32,000 nt of DNA from Acaryochloris thomasi RCC1774 (GTDB taxonomy: Bacteria; Cyanobacteriota; Cyanobacteriia; Thermosynechococcales; Thermosynechococcaceae), in assembly GCF_003231495.1 (NCBI RefSeq), contig NZ_PQWO01000024.1, forward strand, positions 1 to 32,000. Direction: 5' to 3'. The position numbers and the translations under genes were made by a program. Under the pieces are notes generated by a model. The model was not told where the DNA came from. It was given only the letters and a program-made list of their open reading frames with translations, and made no database searches. Position 1 is the stretch's first letter. Each line of letters opens with the position of its first letter. Below are positions 1 through 9,593 of this stretch, one piece after another.

Positions 1-306
1 CGCGCTACGCATATACATTAGGACTTTTTCCAAAAGCAGCATCAACACAATCTCAAAAGGTCTCAAACGCTCCCTAGCGCTGCTTTATCCAATTTTTGAG
101 CACAAAACACCACCGCTCTATCTTGTTCAAGAGGCTGTCGTATCAACCGAAAACAGGTACCCTCTAATATATTGACTAATTAGTTAGGAGTTGCCGCCTT
201 TCTCAAATGCATCAACGGGAAGTAAAATCTCGTGGTGCTTCTTGATGGCTTCTAGATGCTTGGGATCATGAATTTGAAACCGGATCTTTTGGATAATCTT
301 GAGTGC

Positions 307-545
307 TTAGTCACTGTTTTCTGGGTCTTGGGCCGTGAAGATTTGACTAATTGGAATACCTGATGGGACTTCAATGTCTTCGCTTTGATCCCTGGCCGTA
401 ACCATTTTTGTTGGTATCTCTAAACAACTATAGCGCTGACGAATTTGATGCAGGGTTTCAAGGCCACTGATTCCTGACGTCATTACGTCAAGTAGCACTA
501 ACGAGATCTCGGTTGTATCAAGTGGAACAGGAAACGTCTCGCCGG
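307..545 (-). pseudogene. Fragment of a response-regulator receiver domain lacking its N-terminal third
   Basis: The translation ..TEISLVLLDVMTSGISGLETLHQIRQRY..IPTKMVTARDQSEDI matches the beta3-alpha3-beta4 core of CheY-like receivers (hhLLDvmMPgmdGlEtl..IR....iPvImlTA). The upstream beta1/alpha1 segment with the acidic pair is absent because the pepP stop codon lies at 555-557. After ARDQSEDI the sequence no longer resembles a receiver and ends at TAA 307-309. The same frame then stays open to 187. Confidence 0.45.
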
Positions 546-554
546 AAAGGTGTC

Positions 555-1928
555 TCAGATACAGCGATTCATATAGCTTTCTATCTGAGAGGGTACGCTG
601 GGTAGAGCAGCAGTTAGGACTTCAGCACCTTTTGCTGTAATTAAAATGTCATCTTCGATGCGAATGCCCTGCACATCTTTAAATTTAACAAGCTGATCCC
701 AGTTGATGCAGTCTTGGTAATGAGATTGTCGCTCTGGATTCTTCAGAAGACTCGGCACTTGATAGAAGCCAGGCTCGATGGTCACAATCATGCTCTTCTG
801 CAGTGGGCGATCGAGCCTCAGGAAGCCGAGGCCAAAGCGATCGCATCTCTTCCTTCCGGGTGCATACCCAGCTAAATCTCCTAGATCCTCCATGTCGTGA
901 ACGTCTAACCCTAGTAAATGACCAACGCCGTGGGGAAAAAATAGGGCATGGGCATCCCGTTCCACGAGGGTTTCAGCTTTACCTTTGAGAATGCCGAGAC
1001 TCACAAGACCCTCAGCCAACGTTAAGGCAGCTAGTAAGTGCAAGTCTCGAAATTCAACGCCAGGGGCCGCTTTTGCAATACAGATGTCGTGAGCTGCTAA
1101 CACAATGTCGTAGATATCGTGTTGGGTGCTGGAAAAAGAGCCGGAGATCGGCCATGTGCGGGTCACATCTGAGGCCCAGCCCTCTTTCTCTGCGCCAACG
1201 TCGGCCAGCAGGAGGTCTCCGGCTCGGATGGGGCGATGGTAGCTCTGGTTATGCAGAACTTCGCCCTGCACGGTCACAATGCTGTTATAGGCACAGGTGA
1301 GGTTGTGGGCCATGATCACAGCTTCCATCGCCGCTCGGATCTCTGCTTCTGTTTGGGCGTTATAGGTAGCGGTCATTCCCGCTAGATGCGCCTTAACGGT
1401 TACCGCTGCTGCCTCTCGGATCGATGAGATCGCACTTTGATCGTGAATCATCCGCACGGCCACAATCGCCTTCGCTAGCTGGCGATTGTGGCCCTGTAGT
1501 TGTTTGGCGCTTCCTAGAGTGCGCCCGATCTGCTTTTCTTGGATCTGTCGTGTTGCAGAGTCTTGAACCGGAATCGTTGCTACATCTTGGGTCCAGCTTG
1601 CCAACTTACTGAGGGGATAGTCTTGATCTGCTCCCATCTGCTTGGCTATCTCTTGCCGTCGGGGACTGGGACCGTGCCAGAGAGCATCGTTAGCATCGGC
1701 GTCATCCATAAATAGGGTTAGCTTACCTGCCTCTAAGTGAATGGCAGCATTGGCAAGAGACCGGCCTGCAAAGAACAGAAAATGGCTGCTGGCTCGAAAC
1801 GGAAATCGATTGGCTGGGAAGTTGCGCGGGCTTTCGCTGCCGGACCACAGAATTGCCGGACCACAGAAATGCTGAGCCAGTTTTTCTCGGCGCTGCTGCA
1901 GTACGACACGGGGGTCTGATGGGTTCAT
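555..1928 (-). CDS. pepP: Xaa-Pro aminopeptidase, M24B family (aminopeptidase P-like)
   Basis: The N-terminal AMP_N-like segment (NRFPFRASSHFLFFAG) and the M24 pita-bread metal-site motifs (LLADVGAE, DVTRTWP, HGVGHLLGLDVHD, VTIEPG, IRIEDD) are all present. I prefer the ATG at 1928 (MNPSDPRV..) because it forms an ATGA overlap with the hisC stop at 1925-1927. The track ORF extends to 1970. Confidence 0.85.
   Translation of the reverse strand: MNPSDPRVVLQQRREKLAQHFCGPAILWSGSESPRNFPANRFPFRASSHFLFFAGRSLANAAIHLEAGKLTLFMDDADANDALWHGPSPRRQEIAKQMGADQDYPLSKLASWTQDVATIPVQDSATRQIQEKQIGRTLGSAKQLQGHNRQLAKAIVAVRMIHDQSAISSIREAAAVTVKAHLAGMTATYNAQTEAEIRAAMEAVIMAHNLTCAYNSIVTVQGEVLHNQSYHRPIRAGDLLLADVGAEKEGWASDVTRTWPISGSFSSTQHDIYDIVLAAHDICIAKAAPGVEFRDLHLLAALTLAEGLVSLGILKGKAETLVERDAHALFFPHGVGHLLGLDVHDMEDLGDLAGYAPGRKRCDRFGLGFLRLDRPLQKSMIVTIEPGFYQVPSLLKNPERQSHYQDCINWDQLVKFKDVQGIRIEDDILITAKGAEVLTAALPSVPSQIESYMNRCI
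837..844. repeat. HIP1 octamer GCGATCGC (one example of many)
   Basis: An exact GCGATCGC is read at 837-844. Further exact copies are at 5272, 6605, 7729, 7962, 13378, 14310, 15069 and 18877, and more are visible. This palindrome is characteristically over-represented in many cyanobacterial genomes. Confidence 0.9.
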
Positions 1929-2992
1929 GAGGACTTCAGCGCAGATAGATAATGAGTAAAGTGTTGGCACAGAACGGCATTCTGTTCATCGGTGCCCACT
2001 GTGATTCTAAGCTTATCAACCACGCTGGGTAGATTGAAATGGCGCACCAAAATGTTTCGCTGCTTGAGCCACTGCTGGAGTTCTAGTGCCTTTGCGTCGG
2101 GATGCTGAATTAAAAGGAAATTGGTCTGAGAGGGCCAAACCCGAAAACCAAGCTGCTCTAAGTCATGGGCTAAGGTGCCCCGAGAGCGCTTGACCCGCTC
2201 AGCGTTTCTGTTTTTGTGATCTTGATCTTGAATGGCAGCCGTGCCGAGTAGAGTTGCTATTGCATCGACACAATAGCTATCTTTCACTTTGTTGAGGTCT
2301 TGAATGATTTGGGGATTGGCAATGGCAAATCCCAGCCGCAACCCCGCCAGTGAATATCCTTTAGATAGTGTCCTCAAAACAATGACATGGTCATGGTCTC
2401 GCACTAGCGCCAGCGCACTGGATTCAGCAAAATCAACATAGGCTTCATCAATAACTAGAACACCTGAGACTTGGACGGCCAGCTTCTCTAGCTGCTCAAT
2501 CGGGATGGCTGTTCCCGAAGGACTATTGGGGGATGCGACCAACGTTACTGCCCCATCTGCTGTTGCCAATTGCGAGATCGGTAAATTGAAAGACTCATCG
2601 TAGGGAATCTCACAGGGCTGTACCCCTTGAAGCTGCGCCAATGTGCGATAGAGAACGTAGGTGGGCATTGGGTAGACCACCTTAGAGTTAGCGTCTACAA
2701 AAGCACGCATAATAATGCTCAGTAGGTCATCACTGCCGTTGGCAACCGTGATCCAATCAGGCGAGATATCGAAGACTGTACCTGCCGCCTCCCGGAACAT
2801 TCGAGCGGAGGCATCGGGGTAGCGACGCAGCAGCTCCCCATCAATATTTTGGAGCGCCTCAAAAACGCGATCCGAGGGTGGATAAGGATTCTCATTGGTA
2901 TTGAGCTTAATCACCGTGCTCCCTGGAGGGGGCTGTTCGCCAGGGGTATAGCCCGGTATTGTCTGTAAGTGAGGACGCAAGAAGGGTGTCAT
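1925..2992 (-). CDS. hisC: Histidinol-phosphate aminotransferase
   Basis: The 355-aa product has the typical N-terminus (..IPGYTPGEQP....IKLNTNENPYPP) and the PLP-lysine motif LSKGYSLAGLRLGF. Class II aminotransferase length and layout fit. Confidence 0.9.
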   Translation of the reverse strand: MTPFLRPHLQTIPGYTPGEQPPPGSTVIKLNTNENPYPPSDRVFEALQNIDGELLRRYPDASARMFREAAGTVFDISPDWITVANGSDDLLSIIMRAFVDANSKVVYPMPTYVLYRTLAQLQGVQPCEIPYDESFNLPISQLATADGAVTLVASPNSPSGTAIPIEQLEKLAVQVSGVLVIDEAYVDFAESSALALVRDHDHVIVLRTLSKGYSLAGLRLGFAIANPQIIQDLNKVKDSYCVDAIATLLGTAAIQDQDHKNRNAERVKRSRGTLAHDLEQLGFRVWPSQTNFLLIQHPDAKALELQQWLKQRNILVRHFNLPSVVDKLRITVGTDEQNAVLCQHFTHYLSALKSS

Positions 2993-3652
2993 GGGCTGAT
3001 CGCTGACTCTCTGGCAATGATTTGCTCGACAGCTCCCATTAAATCAGGTGCCAGTACGTCAGGCTGTGGATAAATAGAGAGATAGTCTCCTTCTCCAGCG
3101 GTGACAAAGGCCATCTTCAACCCAGCTCGAATTGCGCCAGCAATATCCCAGGTATGGGCGGCAACCATCCAAACGCTGCCTGCGATCTGCGGTAATAGCT
3201 GGTAAACCCGTGGATGGGGCTTGGTAATTTCAAGCTCATCGCAGGAATGGACTTCTGTGAAGTACTGCCGTGAGCCGGATTGCTCCAGAAGCTTTTGCGT
3301 TAGCTCGAGGCTGCCGTTGGTCAGGGCGATCACGTTCCAGCTGTTGAAAGACATCTAAGGCTCCCGGTACCAACTCTAGCTCACTGAAGGCAGAGACGAT
3401 GTGCGACCGCACTTCGGCGCTTGTTTCTATCCCTAGCAATGCCAGCGTTCGAGGCAACTCCGCCTCTAATACTTGCTTGAGAGGCCGATATCCATCGGCA
3501 TGGGACTAAGCGAAGGCATCTCTCAGAGCTTGGGCAAACCAGAGCTGTAGTGCGTATTTTGGTGCGCCTAATGCTAGTAGACGCTCCTGTGGGCGATCTA
3601 AGCTAAAGCAGGTTCCAATTATGTCGAATGCAATCGTGTTGGAAGCGGCCAT
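2989..3652 (-). pseudogene. HAD-superfamily hydrolase (haloacid dehalogenase type II-like), disrupted by an in-frame TAG and a frameshift
   Basis: Hand translation from the ATG at 3652 gives MAASNTIAFDIIGTCFSLDRPQERLLALGAPKYALQLWFAQALRDAFA, which contains HAD motif I (FDxxGT). A TAG follows at 3506-3508. The same frame then continues SHADGYRPLKQVLEAELPRTLALLGIETSAEVRSHIVSAFSELELVPGALDVFQQL. The similarity switches frame near 3340 to WNVIALTNGS...KPHPRVYQ...VAAHTWDIAGA. This accounts for the two track ORFs 3236..3457 and 2989..3354. Confidence 0.65.
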
Positions 3653-3762
3653 ATTCAGTCCAGAACAATCTTTGCAGGATTTAGGTGACGATTTCAGATC
3701 GTCTTCACTGTCGATCGCAACTGGAATAGGAGCTAGATTGCTAAATCTACGAGCCTAAAAAC

Positions 3763-4251
3763 TTATGCAAAGGCTAGATCTGCGGGTGTTCCACCGCCAG
3801 CCTGGCCGAGCTGGTGCTGCCAAGCCATTTCAATGGTGCTAGGTAAGACACCGACCAGCTTCGCTAAAATTTCATGGGGAATGGTGCGAATCTCGTTAAG
3901 ATCAAATTGCTGCTGACGGAACATTTCAAGAACGGCAATGGCCCGTTTCAGGGGGACTTCGTCACAGAGCGTTTGGATCGCGGCAATATCGTCCATGCGA
4001 CGCTCAAAAGCTTGCTGCCGATCTTCTTTGCTCTCTGGAACCGTAAATTCTGCTTTGCCCAGAGTGTGAATTGTGACGCACTGGACGTCAAACATGCCGC
4101 CAATCGCTGCTCCAGGGCCTACAAATTCAGCATGAAATGGCTTCTGCAAAATTAAGCCTGCAGGTTGATGCTGGGATAACGCCAGTAGCTGTCCACTTTT
4201 TAACAACTCAATGGGTTGGGTATTCCGTTTATCAACTGCAGCTTGATTCAT
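3763..4251 (-). CDS. Hypothetical protein (162 aa) with a possible C-terminal helix-turn-helix-like segment
   Basis: This is a clean ATG-initiated ORF with ordinary composition, standing alone between two AT-rich gaps. I recognise no family motif. The segment IPHEILAKLVGVLPSTIEMAW is only loosely HTH-like. Confidence 0.55.
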   Translation of the reverse strand: MNQAAVDKRNTQPIELLKSGQLLALSQHQPAGLILQKPFHAEFVGPGAAIGGMFDVQCVTIHTLGKAEFTVPESKEDRQQAFERRMDDIAAIQTLCDEVPLKRAIAVLEMFRQQQFDLNEIRTIPHEILAKLVGVLPSTIEMAWQHQLGQAGGGTPADLAFA

Positions 4252-4553
4252 AATCTTTTTGTGATCGGCAACTTTTCTGTGTTCAATTTTGACTATTAAG
4301 TGACTAGACCTTTAAGCCTCTAAATGTGGGAGATTGAGATGGTTCTCTAGACTGCCTTGGCATTGATTTGTATCAATGCGGTTAGGGAGTATATAAATGA
4401 GTCGCTTAAACGCTATTGACTAAAGTATGGGTGGGGATGCCCTTCTATAATTTTCTTCGCTTTTATATAAAGCTGACTTCGGTGTTTACACCTAATGTCT
4501 CGATATATGTATTGTTCCCAATTGGAGGGGGGTACAAGACATTTGCGTGCGAG

Positions 4554-7500
4554 TTAAGTAGACGGATCAAGGATTGTTGTTCCTGTTTGATCTTCTGCTC
4601 TTGAAAAGTAACCACCGCCCCCTGGCGTCTTAATGGTCAGCGTATCGCCGATCTGTACCGTTCTTGTGGTGCATCCAGCGAGCTTCGTTAGATGTCCCTG
4701 ATGCTTTAGTTGGTTCTGCCCCGTTTTGCCAGACTGTCCTCCCTGGAGGCCAAAGGGAGCTACTCTGCGGTGACCCGATAGAATGGAGACCGTCATCGGT
4801 TCTAAAAAACGAAACTGGCGAATAACGCCATCTCCCCCCGAGTATTGCCCTTGACCGCCGCTTTGAGGTCTAAGGCCAAAGTGTTCTAACCTGACCGGGA
4901 ACCGCCATTCCAAAATCTCGGGGTCAGTGAGGCGAGAGTTGGTCATGTGCGTTTGCACCGCATCTGCTCCGTTGAAGTTCGGCCCCGCTCCTGAGCCTCC
5001 GCAGATGGTTTCGTAATACTGACAGTTCTCGTTGCCAAAGGTGAGGTTATTCATGGTGCCTTGGCTGGCGGCCAGTTTCCCTAAAGCGCCGTACAGTGCA
5101 TTGACGATGGCTTGAGAGGTTTCGACGTTGCCTGCCACGATGGCTGCCGGGGGCTTGGGATTTAAAAAGCAATCCTCAGGGATATATATTTCGATGGGTT
5201 TAAGACAGCCTGCATTGAGGGGGATATCGGTGGATACTAGGGTGCGAAAGACGTAGAGAACGGCTGCTTTTGCGATCGCAACTGGCGCATTAAAGTTGTC
5301 GTCCTGCTGAGGTGAAGTCCCACTGAAGTCAACACGAGCGCTACGCGTTGGAGCATGCACTGTGATCGCCACCTGAATCTGTCGCTCGCCATCCATCACG
5401 TAAGTAAACTGCCCATCCTGCAGGTGATCAATCACGCGCCGCACTGACTGTTCCGCATTCTGCTGCACATGCTCCATGTAAGTCTGCACCGTTGATAGAC
5501 CGTAGTGATTGACCATCTTGAGCAGTTCTTGGACACCGCATTGATTGGCCGCAATCTGGGCCTGCAGATCTGCTAGATTTTGGTCTGGGTTTCGAGCGGG
5601 GTGGGGATGCTCTGTTAACAACCTCCGAAACGTTACTGCTTGAAGCTTTCCTTGCTCAACGACTCGGAATGGTGCGATCAACACCCCTTCCTCTTCGAGG
5701 CTTTTGCTGTGGGCAGGCATTGAACCCGGCGTGATGCCCCCAATATCGGCATGGTGTCCTCGCGAAGCTACATAGAACAGACGTTCTGACTCGATAAAGA
5801 CGGGAGTGACTACCGTAATGTCAGGTAAATGAGTCCCGCCACTGTAGGGATCATTAAGAACGTAGACATCTCCTTGCTGGAGTCGATCGCCTGCGGTCTC
5901 AATTACAGACTGAACGCTATCTTCCATTGAACCTAGGTGAACGGGGATGTGGGGGGCATTAGCGATTAGCTGCCCTTTACCGTCGAATAGTGCACAGGAA
6001 AAATCTAAACGTTCTTTGATGTTGACGGAATAGCTGGTGTTTTGTAGCGTGACGCCCATCTGCTCGGCAATGGCTCGAAACAAATTATTGAAGATCTCTA
6101 ATAGGACCGGATCCGGTGTGTCGGAGGATATTGGAAAGGGTTTAGGGTTTAGGGCCTCGGAGACTGCAGGAGCTAGAGCTAGCACTGCCGCTGATCGCGT
6201 GATCAGCAAATGCTGTTGCGGAATCACTTGGGCTTGCCAGCCAGGTTCAATCACGTTGGTGCCAGTGGCTTCCATAATCAAAGCAGGGCCATCAATCTGA
6301 TCGCCAGGGCGCAGGTCTTGACGTTGATAAATGAGAGTCTCATGCCAACGATTGTACGTGAAGATCTGTGTGCTTGAGATTGCCTGAGCCGGTCTAGAAC
6401 GCTGGGGGAGATCTTGTAAATCTGCAGTTTTTGGAGTGGTGGCGATGCCTTCTACTGATAGTGATTCCACTATTAGTGCTCGGTCAGAAACGATGAATCC
6501 ATAGCGCTGCTGGTGCAGGGTTTCAAATTCAGCTTGCATCATCGCTGGGTCTGCGAGATCTACTAGTAGTGGCGCGTCAGTGCCGGTGTAGCGGAGATAG
6601 AGTTGCGATCGCAACTCAACTTCATCCCTCACTACCCCCTGCTGTAAAAGATCATTCGCCACCATCGTCTTCAGCTTCTCTAAGTCCGATTCCAGTTGAG
6701 TGAGTCCTTCTGAAAGCAAAACCTCCACCGTTTGCTGCCGACTGGCCCGCAGATCGGCCAGCCCCATCCCAAACGCCGACAGCACCCCTGCAAAGGGATG
6801 AATCAAAATCTCTTGGATTCCTAAAACTTCAGCAATCTGACAGACATGCTGTCCCCCCGCACTCCCAAAGCAGCACAGCGTGTAGTCCGAAACATCGTGG
6901 CCCCGCTGCAGCGAGATTTTCTTAATCGCATTCGCCATGTTCTCCACTGCGATGGTCAGGAATCCTGCCGCTACCTGCTCTGGCGTCTGCACCTGTTTCG
7001 TCTCGCTCTGGATGCGCCGCGCCAGTTTCGCAAACGCTCGTTGAACTGGCTCTATATCTAACGGCAGATTGTGCTCGGGACCAAACACCTGTGGGAAGAA
7101 CTGCGGCTGAATTTTACCCACCATCACATTGCAGTCCGTCACCGTCAGCGGCCCACTCTGTCGATAGCAAGTTGGTCCAGGACTTGCGCCTGCCGATTCC
7201 GGCCCGACCCGGAACCTGGACCCATCAAAATTTAGAATCGAGCCGCCCCCTGCCGCAACCGTGTGGATATCCAGCATGGGGGTTCGCAATCGCACCCCGG
7301 TTAGCTCCGTCTCCAGGACTCGTTCATAGCTTCCCTGATAGTGGCAAACATCTGTAGAGGTGCCGCCCATATCGAAGCCAATCAGTTGAGTGCGACCCGC
7401 CAACGCGCAGGTTTGCACTGCCCCCACCACACCGCCAGCCGGACCTGAAAGAATGCTGTCTTTCCCTTGAAAATACTGGGCATCTACGAGGCCACCGCTG

Positions 7501-8222
7501 GACTGCATAAACATCAGGCGAGTGTCTCCCAACTCCGCTACCGTTCGGTTTACATAGCGTCGCAGAATGGGAGAAAGATAGGCATCGACGACGGTGGTGT
7601 CGCCCCGGCTCACGAGTTTGATCAGGGGACTGATTTGGTGAGAGACAGAAATTTGGGTAAAGCCCATCTCTTTTGCCAGGTCGGCGACCTGCTGCTCGTG
7701 GTCGGGGTAGCGATAGCTGTGGAGACATGCGATCGCACAGCTCCGAATGCCGTCATCATAGGCGACCTGCAAATCTGCCCGAGCTGCCTCTAAATCTACC
7801 GGCTGCAGCTCTTCGCCGTGGGCGCTATAGCGTTCGTTAACTTCAACCACCTGCTCGTACAGCATCTCCGGCAGGACAATCTCTAGAGCAAAGATATCGG
7901 GGCGATGCTGATCGCCAATCCGCAGCAAATCGGCAAAGCCCTTGGTTGTGATCAATAGGTTGCGATCGCCTTTTCGTTCTAACAGCGCATTGGTTGCCAC
8001 CGTGGTCCCCATTTTCACCACCTCAATTTTCTCTGTTGGGAGAGGTTGGTCTGCTTTGATACCCATCAGCTCTCGAATTCCCTGCAGTGCTGCATCTGGG
8101 TAGACAGATGGATTCTCAGAGAGCAGCTTATGAACGCTTCGTGAACCGTCTGGCTTGCGAGCCACAATGTCGGTAAAGGTGCCGCCGCGATCGATCCAAA
8201 ATTGCCATCGGAAATTCGTCAT
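4554..8222 (-). CDS. 5-oxoprolinase (ATP-hydrolysing), fused hydantoinase A/B (HyuA-HyuB) type
   Basis: The 1222-aa product starts with the characteristic N-terminus WQFWIDRGGTFTDIVA. A hydantoinase A ATPase region (GFDMGGTSTD) is followed by a hydantoinase B region (NDPYSGGTHLPD, GHHADIGG). Confidence 0.9.
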   Translation of the reverse strand: MTNFRWQFWIDRGGTFTDIVARKPDGSRSVHKLLSENPSVYPDAALQGIRELMGIKADQPLPTEKIEVVKMGTTVATNALLERKGDRNLLITTKGFADLLRIGDQHRPDIFALEIVLPEMLYEQVVEVNERYSAHGEELQPVDLEAARADLQVAYDDGIRSCAIACLHSYRYPDHEQQVADLAKEMGFTQISVSHQISPLIKLVSRGDTTVVDAYLSPILRRYVNRTVAELGDTRLMFMQSSGGLVDAQYFQGKDSILSGPAGGVVGAVQTCALAGRTQLIGFDMGGTSTDVCHYQGSYERVLETELTGVRLRTPMLDIHTVAAGGGSILNFDGSRFRVGPESAGASPGPTCYRQSGPLTVTDCNVMVGKIQPQFFPQVFGPEHNLPLDIEPVQRAFAKLARRIQSETKQVQTPEQVAAGFLTIAVENMANAIKKISLQRGHDVSDYTLCCFGSAGGQHVCQIAEVLGIQEILIHPFAGVLSAFGMGLADLRASRQQTVEVLLSEGLTQLESDLEKLKTMVANDLLQQGVVRDEVELRSQLYLRYTGTDAPLLVDLADPAMMQAEFETLHQQRYGFIVSDRALIVESLSVEGIATTPKTADLQDLPQRSRPAQAISSTQIFTYNRWHETLIYQRQDLRPGDQIDGPALIMEATGTNVIEPGWQAQVIPQQHLLITRSAAVLALAPAVSEALNPKPFPISSDTPDPVLLEIFNNLFRAIAEQMGVTLQNTSYSVNIKERLDFSCALFDGKGQLIANAPHIPVHLGSMEDSVQSVIETAGDRLQQGDVYVLNDPYSGGTHLPDITVVTPVFIESERLFYVASRGHHADIGGITPGSMPAHSKSLEEEGVLIAPFRVVEQGKLQAVTFRRLLTEHPHPARNPDQNLADLQAQIAANQCGVQELLKMVNHYGLSTVQTYMEHVQQNAEQSVRRVIDHLQDGQFTYVMDGERQIQVAITVHAPTRSARVDFSGTSPQQDDNFNAPVAIAKAAVLYVFRTLVSTDIPLNAGCLKPIEIYIPEDCFLNPKPPAAIVAGNVETSQAIVNALYGALGKLAASQGTMNNLTFGNENCQYYETICGGSGAGPNFNGADAVQTHMTNSRLTDPEILEWRFPVRLEHFGLRPQSGGQGQYSGGDGVIRQFRFLEPMTVSILSGHRRVAPFGLQGGQSGKTGQNQLKHQGHLTKLAGCTTRTVQIGDTLTIKTPGGGGYFSRAEDQTGTTILDPST

Positions 8223-8497
8223 TTGTTGTGCCAGTCTCTTTACTGCATTGTCTCGAAAAGAGATGGCATCTCTTGGGTCAATTTACACAACTTGGCTAGC
8301 TGACACTTGCAACTGTAGATAAAGCTATTCGTGTCTATTACGTCATAGTCCCGTAGATATGCAGATCGACATCGACAAAACGGTGCTTTCAATCTTCAAA
8401 GATTAAGGTTTGCTCAAGCTCTTTACTGAAGAATGTCTGTTAGCGTGGCGCTATAGGCTCAAATGTGCTGCAACATAACTAAACATTGGTGTTCACG

Positions 8498-8986
8498 ATG
8501 TCAACTTTACTGACCCCACCCGCTGTACGTACACTGACATCTAATGCCTCTGACCACTGCATGATTCCGGTCGTAAAGACACCAGCAGACTATAGAGCCT
8601 TCCGAATTCATAATCACGATACAAACCGGCTGGCGATTATCTTTGACCCCAATAATGCCGCCGCGTCGCTGACGGTCTGTGTCGAAATCTTCGATCCGGG
8701 TGGAGCAACGCCTCCTAATCGTCATCAAATTGCAGTGGAGATGTTTTTTATCCTTGAAGGCCAAGGGATTGCGAGCTGTGATGGCAAAGAGGTTTGCATT
8801 CAAGCCGGTGACAGCTTACTCGTGCCGCCGACCGGTACCCACCAAATTATCAATACAGGTGCAGGACGGCTCTATGCCCTTTGCTTTATGGTGCCGAACG
8901 AAGACTTTGTTGAACTGATTCAAAGCGGTGTGCCTGTGGAACTAGACGAAGAAGATCTGCGGGTTCTTCAACGGGTCCGTCGCTAA
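8498..8986 (+). CDS. Cupin-domain protein
   Basis: A two-motif cupin barrel pattern is present (PPNRHQIAVEMFFILEGQG ... GDSLLVPPTGTHQIINTG). The track ORF starts at TTG 8486. The ATG at 8498 (MSTLL) is the first ATG. Confidence 0.7.
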   Translation: MSTLLTPPAVRTLTSNASDHCMIPVVKTPADYRAFRIHNHDTNRLAIIFDPNNAAASLTVCVEIFDPGGATPPNRHQIAVEMFFILEGQGIASCDGKEVCIQAGDSLLVPPTGTHQIINTGAGRLYALCFMVPNEDFVELIQSGVPVELDEEDLRVLQRVRR

Positions 8987-9257
8987 ATCAGTACAACCTT
9001 TAAGAAAGGAAGCGTCTTTTACAGACATAACTTGTGTATACCTAAATTCTGTCTACTCCAACCCATCATTTAAGAAGTGCATACAGTTTGAGAAATACCT
9101 TATGCCTACGCTCGCCATCTAGGTTGTGAGCTAGATTTTTTGCAGTTTAGGCCGCGAACATCTCGCCTATCAAAAGCTGAGACTGTGTAGAGACAGCTAC
9201 TTTTGAAAAGTTAGAATGGCAACTGCTAATTATCGTTGCTGTTGCATCAAGTTTTGG

Positions 9258-9593
9258 CTATGTTGTCGCAGGCGAAGACCAAGTAGTATTTTCTTCAAGG
9301 TTGCCACCTGTGGGTAACTCTCGAGACTGTTCAGTATTGTAGCCTTCAACTGTATCGTTGATGATTACTGCAGACCACTGATGACAACAGCGCGGGCAGG
9401 TTCTAGTTCCTTCGAGACGGTAGATTAGCTGACCGTCTTGAATCTGCGTTTCGACTGTCTCCGGACTCAAATTGGCAGATTGGGGCCAAGGTAGATTAAG
9501 GCCGCAACAGGGGCAATCATGTTCCGAGTCATTTTCTTTGCTGCGCAGAAAGCCCCAACTCTTCCAAAAGTGTCGGTAGAACATTTCTTTCAT
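9258..9593 (-). CDS. Hypothetical small zinc-ribbon protein (CPCC..N39..CPRCC)
   Basis: This is the only long ORF in a gap that looks AT-rich by eye (about 8990-9946). Two Cys pairs suggest a zinc ribbon. The first ATG is at 9593 (MKEMFYRHFW), and the track ORF begins at GTG 9641. Coding status is unproven. Confidence 0.35.
   Translation of the reverse strand: MKEMFYRHFWKSWGFLRSKENDSEHDCPCCGLNLPWPQSANLSPETVETQIQDGQLIYRLEGTRTCPRCCHQWSAVIINDTVEGYNTEQSRELPTGGNLEENTTWSSPATT

Noticed and set aside
6037-7793. Track ORFs 6037..6300, 6846..7061, 7091..7357, 7324..7728 and 7467..7793, which lie inside or antisense to the 5-oxoprolinase gene
   Set aside because: All lie wholly within a 1222-aa ORF that has strong family motifs. 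Their translations are Arg-, Pro- and Ser-rich low-complexity strings typical of off-frame reading of GC-balanced coding DNA.
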